Below, piece by piece: positions 1 through 8,453 of a stretch of 64,000 nucleotides of DNA. The notes below the pieces were generated by a model. It made no database searches, was not told the DNA's origin, and was given only the letters and a program-made list of their open reading frames with translations. The stretch lies in IMG/VR virus record IMGVR_UViG_3300037067_026718, positions 64,001-128,000 of that record; one strand, written 5' to 3'. The position numbers and the translations under genes are program-made. The DNA is from a virus (Duplodnaviria; Caudoviricetes). Position 1 is the stretch's first letter; every line of letters begins with the position of its first letter.

Positions 1-1222
1 TGTTGACACCAACTCGGTCAGTGGTCGGCGTGAAGATGGGATCGATGAACCCCATGGAGCTGTCATTCAGCTCTCTCATGCCTTCCGTGATGGCATAGGA
101 GGAGCCCACACCGCCTTCGCCCATCTGAGTGACCTCAGTGGCATCAGAGAGGATCCCTATTGGATTTATCTGTTCGGGGTTGTAGACGACATCAGCCTGA
201 ACGAACTTGCTGCTCATCAGCTTCCGGATCTCAGAAAGTGGCCTGGCCAGAATGTCTTTCTCGTCATACTGGTTGCTGTCCACCCTGTAGGCCAGCTTGT
301 TCTTTATCTTGTTTGCCTGGTTCTCGATGCCGTAAAGGATGAGATCGTTGTATCCATAGATGTCCTGGAAATGCAGATCATCCCTGTTGTCAGGCTTCAC
401 TGTGCCGGCGCTGACGTCCAGCATCTTTCGGGTGGCATCCATCAAAGCATGGCGGTCTGCAGCCTTGTATTCCTTGCCCAGAGTTACTTTGGACACCCAT
501 GGGTCAAGAACGGTGGTTTCAAAAGCAGCCTTGAGCTGATCGGCCTTCTCGTTCGAATTTCTTGCTGTTCCTGTGTAGCTGAGCATCGTGCTGTACAAAC
601 GCTCAAGCACGGAGCTATGGGTAGAAGGAGAGCGGAAGTTGGCCCTGTAGATCTGCTCACCCCATTGTTTCTGTATCTGCTCATCGGGAACGCCCAGTAT
701 CCTCAGTACGGAATAAGCCGGAAAAGCCTTTCCTCCTACATCAAACCTGATTCTCATGGTCTCGGGATCGTAGTTGATCTTGATGTTCTGCCGTGTCTTG
801 GTATTGATGAAAGCCTGCACGCCATCAGCCTGTTTGGTAACGTATATCCCCGGGGAAAGCCGCAACTGCTTCTTGACAGATACTTCGGACCCTTCCACAA
901 CGAAAGTCCCCCTGGCTGTCGGGAAAGGCAGTCTGAACAGGATTTTGCCGGCGCTTCTCTTCTTCTCATTACCGCGCTCGTCGGTCATGACAATGTCGGC
1001 CCTTATCGGTATGGAATAGCTTGAGTCTCTTTCTCGGGCCGCTCTCTCGAGCGCAGGGTTGACCAGTTTGTCGGGAAGGTCGAACTTGATGTTCTCAATT
1101 CGTATTCCCCGCAACTTTCCCTGGTAAGAAAGGATCTGGGGCAGTCTTTCCCGGAGGCTCGAAAGCAGAGTGACGTAGTCTCGGTAGACATCTATTCGAT
1201 GCAGATTTTCATCAATACGCAT
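1..1222 (-). CDS. rpoB: Phage-encoded multi-subunit RNA polymerase beta subunit (N-terminal ~407 aa; runs off the left edge; absent from the ORF track)
   Basis: Manual translation from ATG at 1222 (AAGGAAAAGG upstream) is open to base 2. It contains EARERDSSYSIPIRA, LPFPTARGTFVVEGSEVSVKKQLRLSPGIY, FPAYSVLRILG, PDNRDDLHFQ and EQINPIGILSDATEVTQMGEGG...RELNDSSMGFIDPIFTPTTDRVGV, collinear with conserved RpoB blocks. Confidence 0.92.
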   Translation of the reverse strand, partial: MRIDENLHRIDVYRDYVTLLSSLRERLPQILSYQGKLRGIRIENIKFDLPDKLVNPALERAARERDSSYSIPIRADIVMTDERGNEKKRSAGKILFRLPFPTARGTFVVEGSEVSVKKQLRLSPGIYVTKQADGVQAFINTKTRQNIKINYDPETMRIRFDVGGKAFPAYSVLRILGVPDEQIQKQWGEQIYRANFRSPSTHSSVLERLYSTMLSYTGTARNSNEKADQLKAAFETTVLDPWVSKVTLGKEYKAADRHALMDATRKMLDVSAGTVKPDNRDDLHFQDIYGYNDLILYGIENQANKIKNKLAYRVDSNQYDEKDILARPLSEIRKLMSSKFVQADVVYNPEQINPIGILSDATEVTQMGEGGVGSSYAITEGMRELNDSSMGFIDPIFTPTTDRVGVN

Positions 1223-1236
1223 TGGTGGCCTTTTCC

Positions 1237-1875
1237 TTAATGAGCTTTCCTGCGAGGCAGCTCGGGGGACATAAGCTCTGCTGATGTTCTCGTGGCCTGA
1301 CTTGGTTTATTGATGCATTCGTAAATATCAGGAAGGTTGGCCCAGATGCATGGCGGAGTCTTTTCAAACGGAATGATCTCGGAAGAGACGGCATTGATGG
1401 CAGCATCCAGAGGGCCATCGGCTGCTTCTACGGCTGCACGCGCTCCCGTAGAGCATACGTAGTGATTCCTGCCAAACCCGAAAATCCTGGTGCCTAAGTC
1501 CATGTCTACAAGCTCGCCAAGATCATAAAGCATGCCTGAGTGTTTGAGGCAGAAAGCATAGAGAGGCTCGGGGTTCAGTGGTCCTTTCTTCTTGCGATAG
1601 ACCAGGGCATAGCTGGGATCCACAAGGTCATCGGTGATCTCGCATGGAGTGGAGCATGGATCGGTCCAATGGAATCCTGTGACTATCCCATGGATCTTGT
1701 CTTCTATGACTCGGTTGTGTGTGGCATGGGGGAATACGCAATTTTCGCCCAGCACTCTCTGGCTGTATTTTCTGACTCTCCAGTTGAAAAACTTCTTGAC
1801 GAAATTCCACCATTCAGGCTTTTTGTAGCTGACGATGATATCGCCTGGCCTTAGATCTGAAACAGTGAAAGGCAT
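1237..1875 (-). CDS. Permuted papain-like NlpC/P60 (YaeF/YiiX-type) enzyme
   Basis: LRPGDIIV, ATH (His), YD.. and YVCS (Cys) in the permuted order. Confidence 0.7.
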   Translation of the reverse strand: MPFTVSDLRPGDIIVSYKKPEWWNFVKKFFNWRVRKYSQRVLGENCVFPHATHNRVIEDKIHGIVTGFHWTDPCSTPCEITDDLVDPSYALVYRKKKGPLNPEPLYAFCLKHSGMLYDLGELVDMDLGTRIFGFGRNHYVCSTGARAAVEAADGPLDAAINAVSSEIIPFEKTPPCIWANLPDIYECINKPSQATRTSAELMSPELPRRKAH

Positions 1876-1903
1876 AACGAAGCTCCTCTCTGTTGCTAAG
1901 ATG

Positions 1904-1931
1904 ATTATACCCGAATACGGGTTCCACGCAA
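1904..1931 (-). promoter_or_regulatory. Class I promoter TTGCGT-16-TATAAT
   Basis: Intergenic; the same geometry occurs at six other sites. Confidence 0.6.
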
Positions 1932-1935
1932 GAGA

Positions 1936-1959
1936 AAGGCCCCGCTCGTGCGGGGCCTT
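1936..1959 (-). terminator. Intrinsic terminator
   Basis: 10-bp stem AAGGCCCCGC/GCGGGGCCTT followed by TCTCTT, just after the 834-aa gene. Confidence 0.65.
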
Positions 1960-1982
1960 GCCTCACCATCGGCGTATATGCG

Positions 1983-4487
1983 TTACTGGCCCAGGTTGGC
2001 CCAGAAGGACGCTACCTTCTCGACGTCGCCACCTGTGGCTGCCATGAGCTTGTTGTTGACCCTCTCGGCCACCTTCTCGAAGAACAGGGCTTCCTTGGCG
2101 GCAGCGATCTTCTCGAGCATGGGGTTGTGGTCCTGGGCTTCCAGAAGGGCTGCGAGCTTCTGAAGGGAAGCTTCCCTCTGGGAGAGGGCTCCACCGGCGA
2201 AACCGGCGCCACCGATTCCGAGGGCCGCGAGGAGGGCCGGAACCTTGAGGTTGCGTTTGCCACCGATGCCAGCGATACCCTTGCTGCCACCGATGCGGGA
2301 CATCAGCTCAGCGAGGGCCGGCTTCTGCTTGCCCTTCAGAAGGGGAAGAAGGGCGGCGAGGGGACTGGCCTTTGCCCAACCGGGCATGGCTCCATAGCCC
2401 TTGGCTGCCGCGGAACCGAGGCCCTTGGCTGCCGAACCGATGCCCTTGGCGGCTGTACCGAGAGCCTTCTTGTCGGTGTTGTAGATCCACTTGGCTGCAC
2501 CGGTGTTGGCGCCCATGATGGCCTTGAGGGCCTTCATGAGGCCGTTGTCGCTCTTGCCGCGACCAAGCAGGCTGGCGAGGTTGGGGGCTGCGCTTTTTTC
2601 CATCATCTCACTGATCTGAATGATGGCTGCGATCTTCTCGGACTTCGTCATTTCTGTTCCTTCCATCAGTGCTGCAATTTTCTGCAGGCTTGCCGTTCTG
2701 TCTCTGTTCAAGTAAGCCGCGGTACCCAAGCCACCCAGACCAAGGGCGGCTATGCCCGATTCTACTGGACGGTTACGCATGTAACCAAGGACGCTTTCTC
2801 CTCCTCTTCCGATTCCCCTCATGGCCTTCCCGGGGATTCCAGCGAGGTCTCCCAGAAGTTCACGGATAACCTCTCTGTTCTTTTTCCTTCTGGCTTCTTT
2901 CGCCAAGTCCACCTTGGAAAAAAGGCCTCCAAGCAATGTCTTGGGGAAAATCTTACGGTTGAGCCTGTAGTTACTCCTGAGAAAAGCGGCCTTGTTCATC
3001 GTATCATCCCTTTCCAACGAAGAGTTTTTCTTGATGGCGCTTCCTATGCCATACCCTGTTCCAACCAACCCTATGCCAGCAAGAGCCGCCGGCAGTCTGA
3101 GATCTCTCTGTGCGCCTACTCCCAGCAGCCCTCTGCGGCCCTTGAGCGACCGAAGTACTCCTTCGATACCGGCAGGCTGCAACTTCATCGCCAAGCTGCC
3201 AAGGCCTTGGTTGAAGCGCCTCCAAGGCATCAGGCGACCGAACATGATGGCCTGGGCGATGGCGTCGTGGTTGGTTGTTTTGGCCTTGATGGCACCGATG
3301 GCCTGACGAGTATTTTCTCCACCCTTACCAAGCCCCATATTGCCACCGAAGCTCTTCAAGGCGTTGATGAAATCTTTCCCTGAAGTAAGCGTGTCTGCAA
3401 AACCCTTGGGAAGAAGCCGCTGCACGAGTCTAGTATTCAGAAGTCTCATCCCAATATTCGATGCAAAACCGGCCTCTTTCAACATCGAGGCGGTCCTTTC
3501 GGGAAAGACATACGCTGGCCGTCTCTCGCGCCGGCGTGTATTGGCAAGTCCAAAGGCCAGTCCGCCAACTCCCAGACCTGCTGCGGCCAATGCAGCCGGA
3601 GTCATGAGATTCCTTCTGGCGCCGTAGCCCATGATGCCTTCGCTGCCTCCGAGCCTGTGAGCAATGCCGGTCAAGCCTCTGGGATTTGCAAAGGCGCCGA
3701 TGCCGAGGTTCTTCATGAGGTTGATGAACTTCAGGGGATTGATGCCCTTGGTTACCCCCATGTACGTGTTGATTGTCTTGAACAACTTGTAGAACTGTTC
3801 TGCAGTCATGCCGGACTGGGCTGCTGGAGCACTGGCAGCCGCCGGGGCAGCCGCCGCTACTGTTGCTCCTTTTCCACCAAAAAAGCGTTTGATCGCCGGC
3901 CAGACGGCATCCATCCGCCCAGCCTCTTTGATCAAGGCATGTCTGAGCGATGCCTTCTTGAACCTGCTGGGGGCCCAGGCGGCTGCCAGCGCAGCAGTCA
4001 AGTCTGGCGGTTTTTGGTGAAGCCTCTTTATAATATCATCCGAATTTGTAAGATCAAGACGAGGTGAATTTCTTCGACTTTTAATGGAATCGTAAGCTCG
4101 CTGAATCAAAGCTTCTCTATCAGCAGTTGCTGCTTTTCCACGCCAGCCACCAAAAAAGCGATTTAAGGCATCCATCCATCCGGCCTCTTTGACCAAAGCA
4201 AGTCTGAGCGATGCCGGCTTGAACTTGGGATCATCATTTACGGCAACCTGACTGACGGGCGGCGTGACAGGGGTATTGAGCGCAGCCATGAAAGAAGAAG
4301 CCGGTCCTCCCTTTCCGCCAGTGACGGAATTGGCAGCCTGTCTCCCTGCGGTCTGAAAGGTATTCAACGGAAACTTGTACTTGGGACCTGGGACACTTGA
4401 TATGGCATCAAGAGTCGGCTGAGCTGCCGAGCTCATTTTGGCCAGTTCCACCAACGCTGCCAATTTTCTGCGCTTCATACTGGTCAT
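1983..4487 (-). CDS. 834-aa modular Gly/Ala/Lys-rich protein; probable virion-internal polyprotein
   Basis: About 20 K-x-A motifs, repeated Gly-rich hydrophobic helices, own promoter and terminator. Confidence 0.8.
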   Translation of the reverse strand: MTSMKRRKLAALVELAKMSSAAQPTLDAISSVPGPKYKFPLNTFQTAGRQAANSVTGGKGGPASSFMAALNTPVTPPVSQVAVNDDPKFKPASLRLALVKEAGWMDALNRFFGGWRGKAATADREALIQRAYDSIKSRRNSPRLDLTNSDDIIKRLHQKPPDLTAALAAAWAPSRFKKASLRHALIKEAGRMDAVWPAIKRFFGGKGATVAAAAPAAASAPAAQSGMTAEQFYKLFKTINTYMGVTKGINPLKFINLMKNLGIGAFANPRGLTGIAHRLGGSEGIMGYGARRNLMTPAALAAAGLGVGGLAFGLANTRRRERRPAYVFPERTASMLKEAGFASNIGMRLLNTRLVQRLLPKGFADTLTSGKDFINALKSFGGNMGLGKGGENTRQAIGAIKAKTTNHDAIAQAIMFGRLMPWRRFNQGLGSLAMKLQPAGIEGVLRSLKGRRGLLGVGAQRDLRLPAALAGIGLVGTGYGIGSAIKKNSSLERDDTMNKAAFLRSNYRLNRKIFPKTLLGGLFSKVDLAKEARRKKNREVIRELLGDLAGIPGKAMRGIGRGGESVLGYMRNRPVESGIAALGLGGLGTAAYLNRDRTASLQKIAALMEGTEMTKSEKIAAIIQISEMMEKSAAPNLASLLGRGKSDNGLMKALKAIMGANTGAAKWIYNTDKKALGTAAKGIGSAAKGLGSAAAKGYGAMPGWAKASPLAALLPLLKGKQKPALAELMSRIGGSKGIAGIGGKRNLKVPALLAALGIGGAGFAGGALSQREASLQKLAALLEAQDHNPMLEKIAAAKEALFFEKVAERVNNKLMAATGGDVEKVASFWANLGQ
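3870..4225. repeat. Imperfect direct repeat (~3870-3965 and ~4145-4225) inside the 834-aa gene
   Basis: Encodes FKKASLRHALIKEAGRMDA..KRFFGG vs FKPASLRLALVKEAGWMDALNRFFGG; shared DNA CCACCAAAAAAGCG and GTCTGAGCGATGCC. Confidence 0.8.
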
Positions 4488-4525
4488 ATGAAAGATTCCT
4501 TTCGGATGATTACTCTCTATCCACT

Positions 4526-4553
4526 ATTGTACCGCAAAACGCGAAGAACGCAA
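4526..4553 (-). promoter_or_regulatory. Class I promoter TTGCGT-16-TACAAT
   Basis: Directly upstream of the 834-aa gene. Confidence 0.6.
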
Positions 4554-4610
4554 GTGTCAATTACAGTGGTGATGAAAGTATAAAAAAATAATAGGCTGCC
4601 GGAAAAAAAT

Positions 4611-4633
4611 AAAAAGGGGCGATGCCGCCCCTT
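4611..4633 (-). terminator. Intrinsic terminator
   Basis: Stem AAGGGGCG/CGCCCCTT followed by a T-run on the minus strand. Confidence 0.7.
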
Positions 4634-4639
4634 CGTTTT

Positions 4640-4765
4640 TTACCACTTCAAGTATTTTCCAGTGGCTTTGCAGAAAGGCTGAAGGTGTCCCATCCCGCCT
4701 GCCTTCATTCCTTTCCCCGCCACGAGCAAGAAGATTATCTTGAAGACACGAAAAACTACCTTCAC
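4640..4765 (-). CDS. Possible 41-aa small protein (MKVVFRVFKIIFLLVAG...KYLKW)
   Basis: GTG start overlaps the upstream stop (GTGA) with GGAGG RBS; ends just before the terminator. Confidence 0.35.
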   Translation of the reverse strand: MKVVFRVFKIIFLLVAGKGMKAGGMGHLQPFCKATGKYLKW

Positions 4766-5199
4766 TCCTGGCCTCCCTTCAGTTCGGAGAGTTCCTTTAC
4801 CGTTGCTTCTACCGACAGTCTGGCCGTCGACATCAACGAGTAGTGAGGCTGGTCTTCGACAAGACCTACATGGCCCAATGGTCCGCACAGAATGGCCGAC
4901 CAGAGCCAAACCGGGACGGTTACCGTTGCAGCCCTGGAACACGACCAGATAAATCTGGCTTTGGCCATAAGCGCATACCACGGGGATCCCGGCACTACTC
5001 CTATGTCTCGAGCTACATGGTTCACGATCTTCCCGAAGAACGACCGATCGATGGCAATCGTGGCATTGCCATACCTGCTTTTATTGATGTTGATTACGAT
5101 GCGGAGCGCCTTTGTCAGAGCCTCCTGAAGGCTTCCTATCCCAAAGTGTGCATTGACTACTTCGACTAAAGCCTTCTCCACCGGGCTTTCATGTTTCAT
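4762..5199 (-). CDS. Hypothetical protein
   Basis: Tightly packed in the minus-strand operon. Confidence 0.6.
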   Translation of the reverse strand: MKHESPVEKALVEVVNAHFGIGSLQEALTKALRIVININKSRYGNATIAIDRSFFGKIVNHVARDIGVVPGSPWYALMAKARFIWSCSRAATVTVPVWLWSAILCGPLGHVGLVEDQPHYSLMSTARLSVEATVKELSELKGGQE

Positions 5200-5548
5200 G
5201 CCCCGCTCCGCGCATCTGTTTTGTCACACCCTTGAAGATGCCTTTCATCTGTTCCAGCCATGCATCAAAGCATTTCTCTACAGACTCAGGGTCTTCGGTA
5301 TGATAGGTTGCGGCAGAAGCAAGGGCGGTTTGAAAAGAACTGAGGTCTATCGTCCCATGCGACTTGAGCATCCCGGCCACCAACAACAGGTCCCCCGGAA
5401 GCCCGTCATTCTCCGTATGCACAAGATTGTCTACGATAGCCTTATGGTTTGCTTCAATCATACCGGCACATATGCTGATGGCTACAAGGCCACCGATATG
5501 TGTCGATAACGACTGCTGAAGTGCTTCGATGCTCTCGGTGCTCATCAT
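5189..5548 (-). CDS. Hypothetical protein
   Basis: ATGA overlap with the exonuclease gene. Confidence 0.6.
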   Translation of the reverse strand: MMSTESIEALQQSLSTHIGGLVAISICAGMIEANHKAIVDNLVHTENDGLPGDLLLVAGMLKSHGTIDLSSFQTALASAATYHTEDPESVEKCFDAWLEQMKGIFKGVTKQMRGAGHET

Positions 5549-6363
5549 GCTCCCATCGAAAGCCAGTACTTGGCTGTGTGTACTACATCGGGGTCGTCAA
5601 AGTTTTTTGCCAACCACTTGAGGTATCCCGGGTCGATGTAGCGAAAAACCTGCTGATAGGTTTTGCCTTCATGCTTCCCAAAGGTGAGTCTCTTGAGTAG
5701 GATGGGGCGGTGTGAAAGGGCGGCCAGACGATGTATTGCTTCATCGATGTCGTTTTCGCCCCTGGATATCCAGCAGTCTGCATCTTGGAGTGACTTCATT
5801 ACGAAGTAATGGAACAAGGAAGTATCGACCAAGGAGTCGTAGAGTGCTGAATGTGCTCCCGTGGTGTCCATCAGTGGGATTACATTCTTCTTTACCGATC
5901 CCCAAAGACCCAAACGATACTTGAGGGCCTGGAGGGAATGGCTCGTGATTTCCTGCTCCGGGTCGAAATGTTTGGATAGCCTGAGTGTGCATATGATGGA
6001 TCCCGAAGACGCACGGTATGATTCGAATATTCCAGGAAACTCTCTGCTTACGATCGGAATGTCGTACGGAGCGTTGTGACAGACGACGACCTCAACGCCA
6101 TTCATGAAATCTCCCACAAATGGCTGTATCTCAGAACAGGTAGGGCAATCAGCCACGTCCTCGTTGGTGATGTCGTGAACGGCCATGGCGTCGAAAGGAA
6201 TCAGAACTGGAGGCTTGACTCTCTTATTGAAAGTCTCGATTATGGAATCTTCCAGGTTGCCGTTCAAAAGACCGGTATCGATCTTGACCATACCGACCTC
6301 TACGATATGCGCCTCTTCTGATTTGGAACTTGTTGTTTCGGTATCAAGCATGACGACGTGCAT
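5545..6363 (-). CDS. DEDDh 3'-5' exonuclease (ExoX/DnaQ-like)
   Basis: LDTETT, HNAPYD, HSALYD, and C-terminal FGKHEGK..DPGYLKWL. Confidence 0.9.
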   Translation of the reverse strand: MHVVMLDTETTSSKSEEAHIVEVGMVKIDTGLLNGNLEDSIIETFNKRVKPPVLIPFDAMAVHDITNEDVADCPTCSEIQPFVGDFMNGVEVVVCHNAPYDIPIVSREFPGIFESYRASSGSIICTLRLSKHFDPEQEITSHSLQALKYRLGLWGSVKKNVIPLMDTTGAHSALYDSLVDTSLFHYFVMKSLQDADCWISRGENDIDEAIHRLAALSHRPILLKRLTFGKHEGKTYQQVFRYIDPGYLKWLAKNFDDPDVVHTAKYWLSMGA

Positions 6364-6397
6364 ATTGCCCCCTCTTTTGTTTTTTCATTTATTGCTG

Positions 6398-6766
6398 TTA
6401 TCTGACTGTCTCCATTAAAATTTCTGCAGCCTCCGGACATATGGCTGAAGCCTTCTCTATGAGCTGGACTGTAAGGGCGCTCCATGATATCCGTACGCCA
6501 TCTTTCTCGCCGTGATCAAAGGCTTCTTTTACCTCTTGCCATGAATCCGCTATAAAGGCCCAGGTGCGGTCGATGGATCTTCCTTTTTTCAGAACAACGA
6601 TCACGATGGATTTGCCTGCCGTCAGATAGACTTCGAACTCGGTCCATCCCCGGCCTTCCTCTGCCCTGTTCGCATGGTCGGGTTTGGTATGGGCGAGCCT
6701 TTCACCCCTGAATTTCAACGAAGGACCGTTGACTCTTCTGATGAGGATGACGTTAGACTCGCCCAT
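6398..6766 (-). CDS. Hypothetical protein
   Basis: RBS and operon position. Confidence 0.6.
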   Translation of the reverse strand: MGESNVILIRRVNGPSLKFRGERLAHTKPDHANRAEEGRGWTEFEVYLTAGKSIVIVVLKKGRSIDRTWAFIADSWQEVKEAFDHGEKDGVRISWSALTVQLIEKASAICPEAAEILMETVR

Positions 6767-6777
6767 GTTGTTCTCCC

Positions 6778-7176
6778 TTATTCCGTTATGTTCTTGAGGG
6801 TAAGCCTGAAACCGGCTTTGTACTCGTCTATGATCTCCCCGGGCAGCGCCGTGTTGATTGTCTGGCGAGGACCGAAGAAGTTCTTGTTAAGGCCATCTGA
6901 TGTTTTGCCATCGACATCAGGAAGATAAGACATCGTCCACTGCCCCAGCTTGGGGTTCCATTGGACTATGCCTTTCTGGCCTACGGGGACTACGGGAGGA
7001 ACTATCGACTTGATGTTGGGCATTACGACTATGGAGTCGCCATCGCAGATAGGCGCTCCGTCGGCATCGTAAAAGCCTGTGAACTCGGGGGCATTCTTCG
7101 CTTCCTGCGGAAGAAAGGGCCTGACATCAATGAGTGCGCTTCCGACGCTCCCGACTCGATACATGGTTGTTTTCAT
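6778..7176 (-). CDS. YopX-like protein
   Basis: EFTGFYDADGAPICDGDSI...GIVQWN; start moved to ATG 7176 (GAAAGGA RBS). Confidence 0.6.
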   Translation of the reverse strand: MKTTMYRVGSVGSALIDVRPFLPQEAKNAPEFTGFYDADGAPICDGDSIVVMPNIKSIVPPVVPVGQKGIVQWNPKLGQWTMSYLPDVDGKTSDGLNKNFFGPRQTINTALPGEIIDEYKAGFRLTLKNITE

Positions 7177-7339
7177 TTTCGTCCTTTCGTTTTTCTTCTT
7201 CTCTGATAAGGCGCAGAAAAGACTCACCTATCCTGTCAAGCAATGCGAATGCATCGCCCTTGAGGACCCCTTGGCATGGTCCGTCATCCCTGCGCCTGGG
7301 CCAAATGCAACTGACCTCTGCATGATTCGTTCGAGGCAT
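7127..7339 (-). CDS. Possible small hypothetical protein
   Basis: Strong GAAGGAGG RBS; overlaps both neighbours. Confidence 0.35.
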   Translation of the reverse strand: MPRTNHAEVSCIWPRRRDDGPCQGVLKGDAFALLDRIGESFLRLIREEEKRKDENENNHVSSRERRKRTH

Positions 7340-7718
7340 GAGCCCCCTCCTTCCTCGATCGTTTCTTGATGCAGTGGTATTCCAGGGTTCTATCGAACAT
7401 CCAGGTAGATATATTCAAGATGCGGCAGAAATCTTCCCTGGTCTTGTTACTGTAGAATTCCACCAAAGAGCTTCGGTTCATGTTCCGGACATGGGCTGGC
7501 AAGTTTTTGGCAGCCTTCTGTTTCAATTCGAACCATCCGCTGTATTGGGGAAACCCGGAAAGGTGGACCGGTATTGACACTCCCCAGGACGACAGATTGC
7601 GAGAAATGGTGGTTCTGTCAACGCCATACCTATCCGCCATGTCATTGATGGACACGCCTTCGTAGACTACGCCACGAATGATATCCCTACGAGATGATTC
7701 CAGCCCTTTTCGCCTCAT
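7284..7718 (-). CDS. HTH DNA-binding protein
   Basis: SINDMADRYGVDRTTISRNL plus a second HTH-like segment TREDFCRILNISTWMFDR. Confidence 0.65.
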   Translation of the reverse strand: MRRKGLESSRRDIIRGVVYEGVSINDMADRYGVDRTTISRNLSSWGVSIPVHLSGFPQYSGWFELKQKAAKNLPAHVRNMNRSSLVEFYSNKTREDFCRILNISTWMFDRTLEYHCIKKRSRKEGAHASNESCRGQLHLAQAQG

Positions 7719-7908
7719 GAACCTGAATGGCCCCGCATCGACGCGCTCTCAAGATCGAAGCCGTCTTGGCAGGGTCTTCTCCTTTCATTTTTTGGAAGAT
7801 GCCCATAATATAGGGCCAGTCTTCGGAGTGGCCGGCTTTCTGAGCCTGCTCTTTGGCTGCAGCCCACAGCGCTTCGTCTTTTGGTGTTTTAACGACATTG
7901 ACAGGCAT
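7687..7908 (-). CDS. Small helical phage protein with a K-x-A motif
   Basis: MPVNVVKTPKDEALWAAAK...WPYIMGIFQKM, then AKTAS. Confidence 0.65.
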   Translation of the reverse strand: MPVNVVKTPKDEALWAAAKEQAQKAGHSEDWPYIMGIFQKMKGEDPAKTASILRARRCGAIQVHEAKRAGIIS

Positions 7909-7910
7909 TA

Positions 7911-8378
7911 TTACTTGGCCGCCTTGATCATGGTAAGAACTTCATCCCGTGTAGGGAAGCCGGCTATGTCGGAATGCTTGAGATATTCAGAAGGTCTTGT
8001 TTGCTGCCATGGGCAGCTTCTGAGAAGTTCTTTGAGTTCGGCTATGCCTTCGTTGGCAGACTTCAGCTCCAGGTGGAAATTGGCTTCCCTGATCGGTTTG
8101 AGATCGCTGGCAAGGGACATTATGGTTCCTTCCAAGCGGCCCATCTGCTCTCGAGTTCTCGACTCGCTTTCACTTACCCTCTGATTGAGGCGTACTTCTA
8201 AACTAACTAAACTTTGGTCTACTGTTTTCTTCTGGTCATTCACTAGCTTTTTAGTTTCAGCTATTTCCTTGCAATTGTTTTCCGTTTGATATTTCATGCG
8301 ATAAAACATGCCGGCAAAGCCAAGCAACATGAATAGGAACTGAGCTATCGCAATCCAGTCTCTCAACTGTAATCCCAC
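7911..8378 (-). CDS. Single-TM coiled-coil membrane protein (holin-like)
   Basis: N-terminal hydrophobic helix followed by a heptad-rich region. Confidence 0.55.
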   Translation of the reverse strand: MGLQLRDWIAIAQFLFMLLGFAGMFYRMKYQTENNCKEIAETKKLVNDQKKTVDQSLVSLEVRLNQRVSESESRTREQMGRLEGTIMSLASDLKPIREANFHLELKSANEGIAELKELLRSCPWQQTRPSEYLKHSDIAGFPTRDEVLTMIKAAK

Positions 8379-8425
8379 GATCTTTGCCTCCGAGTTTGTG
8401 CTGAACTCACTTGGTTTCTGTCTTC

Positions 8426-8453
8426 ATTATATCCGAGTCCAGTTAAAAATCAA
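8426..8453 (-). promoter_or_regulatory. Class I promoter TTGATT-16-TATAAT
   Basis: Upstream of the 7911-8378 gene. Confidence 0.55.

Noticed and set aside
371-1191. Short ORFs called at the left edge
   Set aside because: All overlap the RpoB frame, which explains the region.
4555-4560. Perfect TTGACA as the -35 for the 834-aa gene
   Set aside because: It is 23 nt from the -10 box; TTGCGT at 16 nt fits the shared geometry instead.
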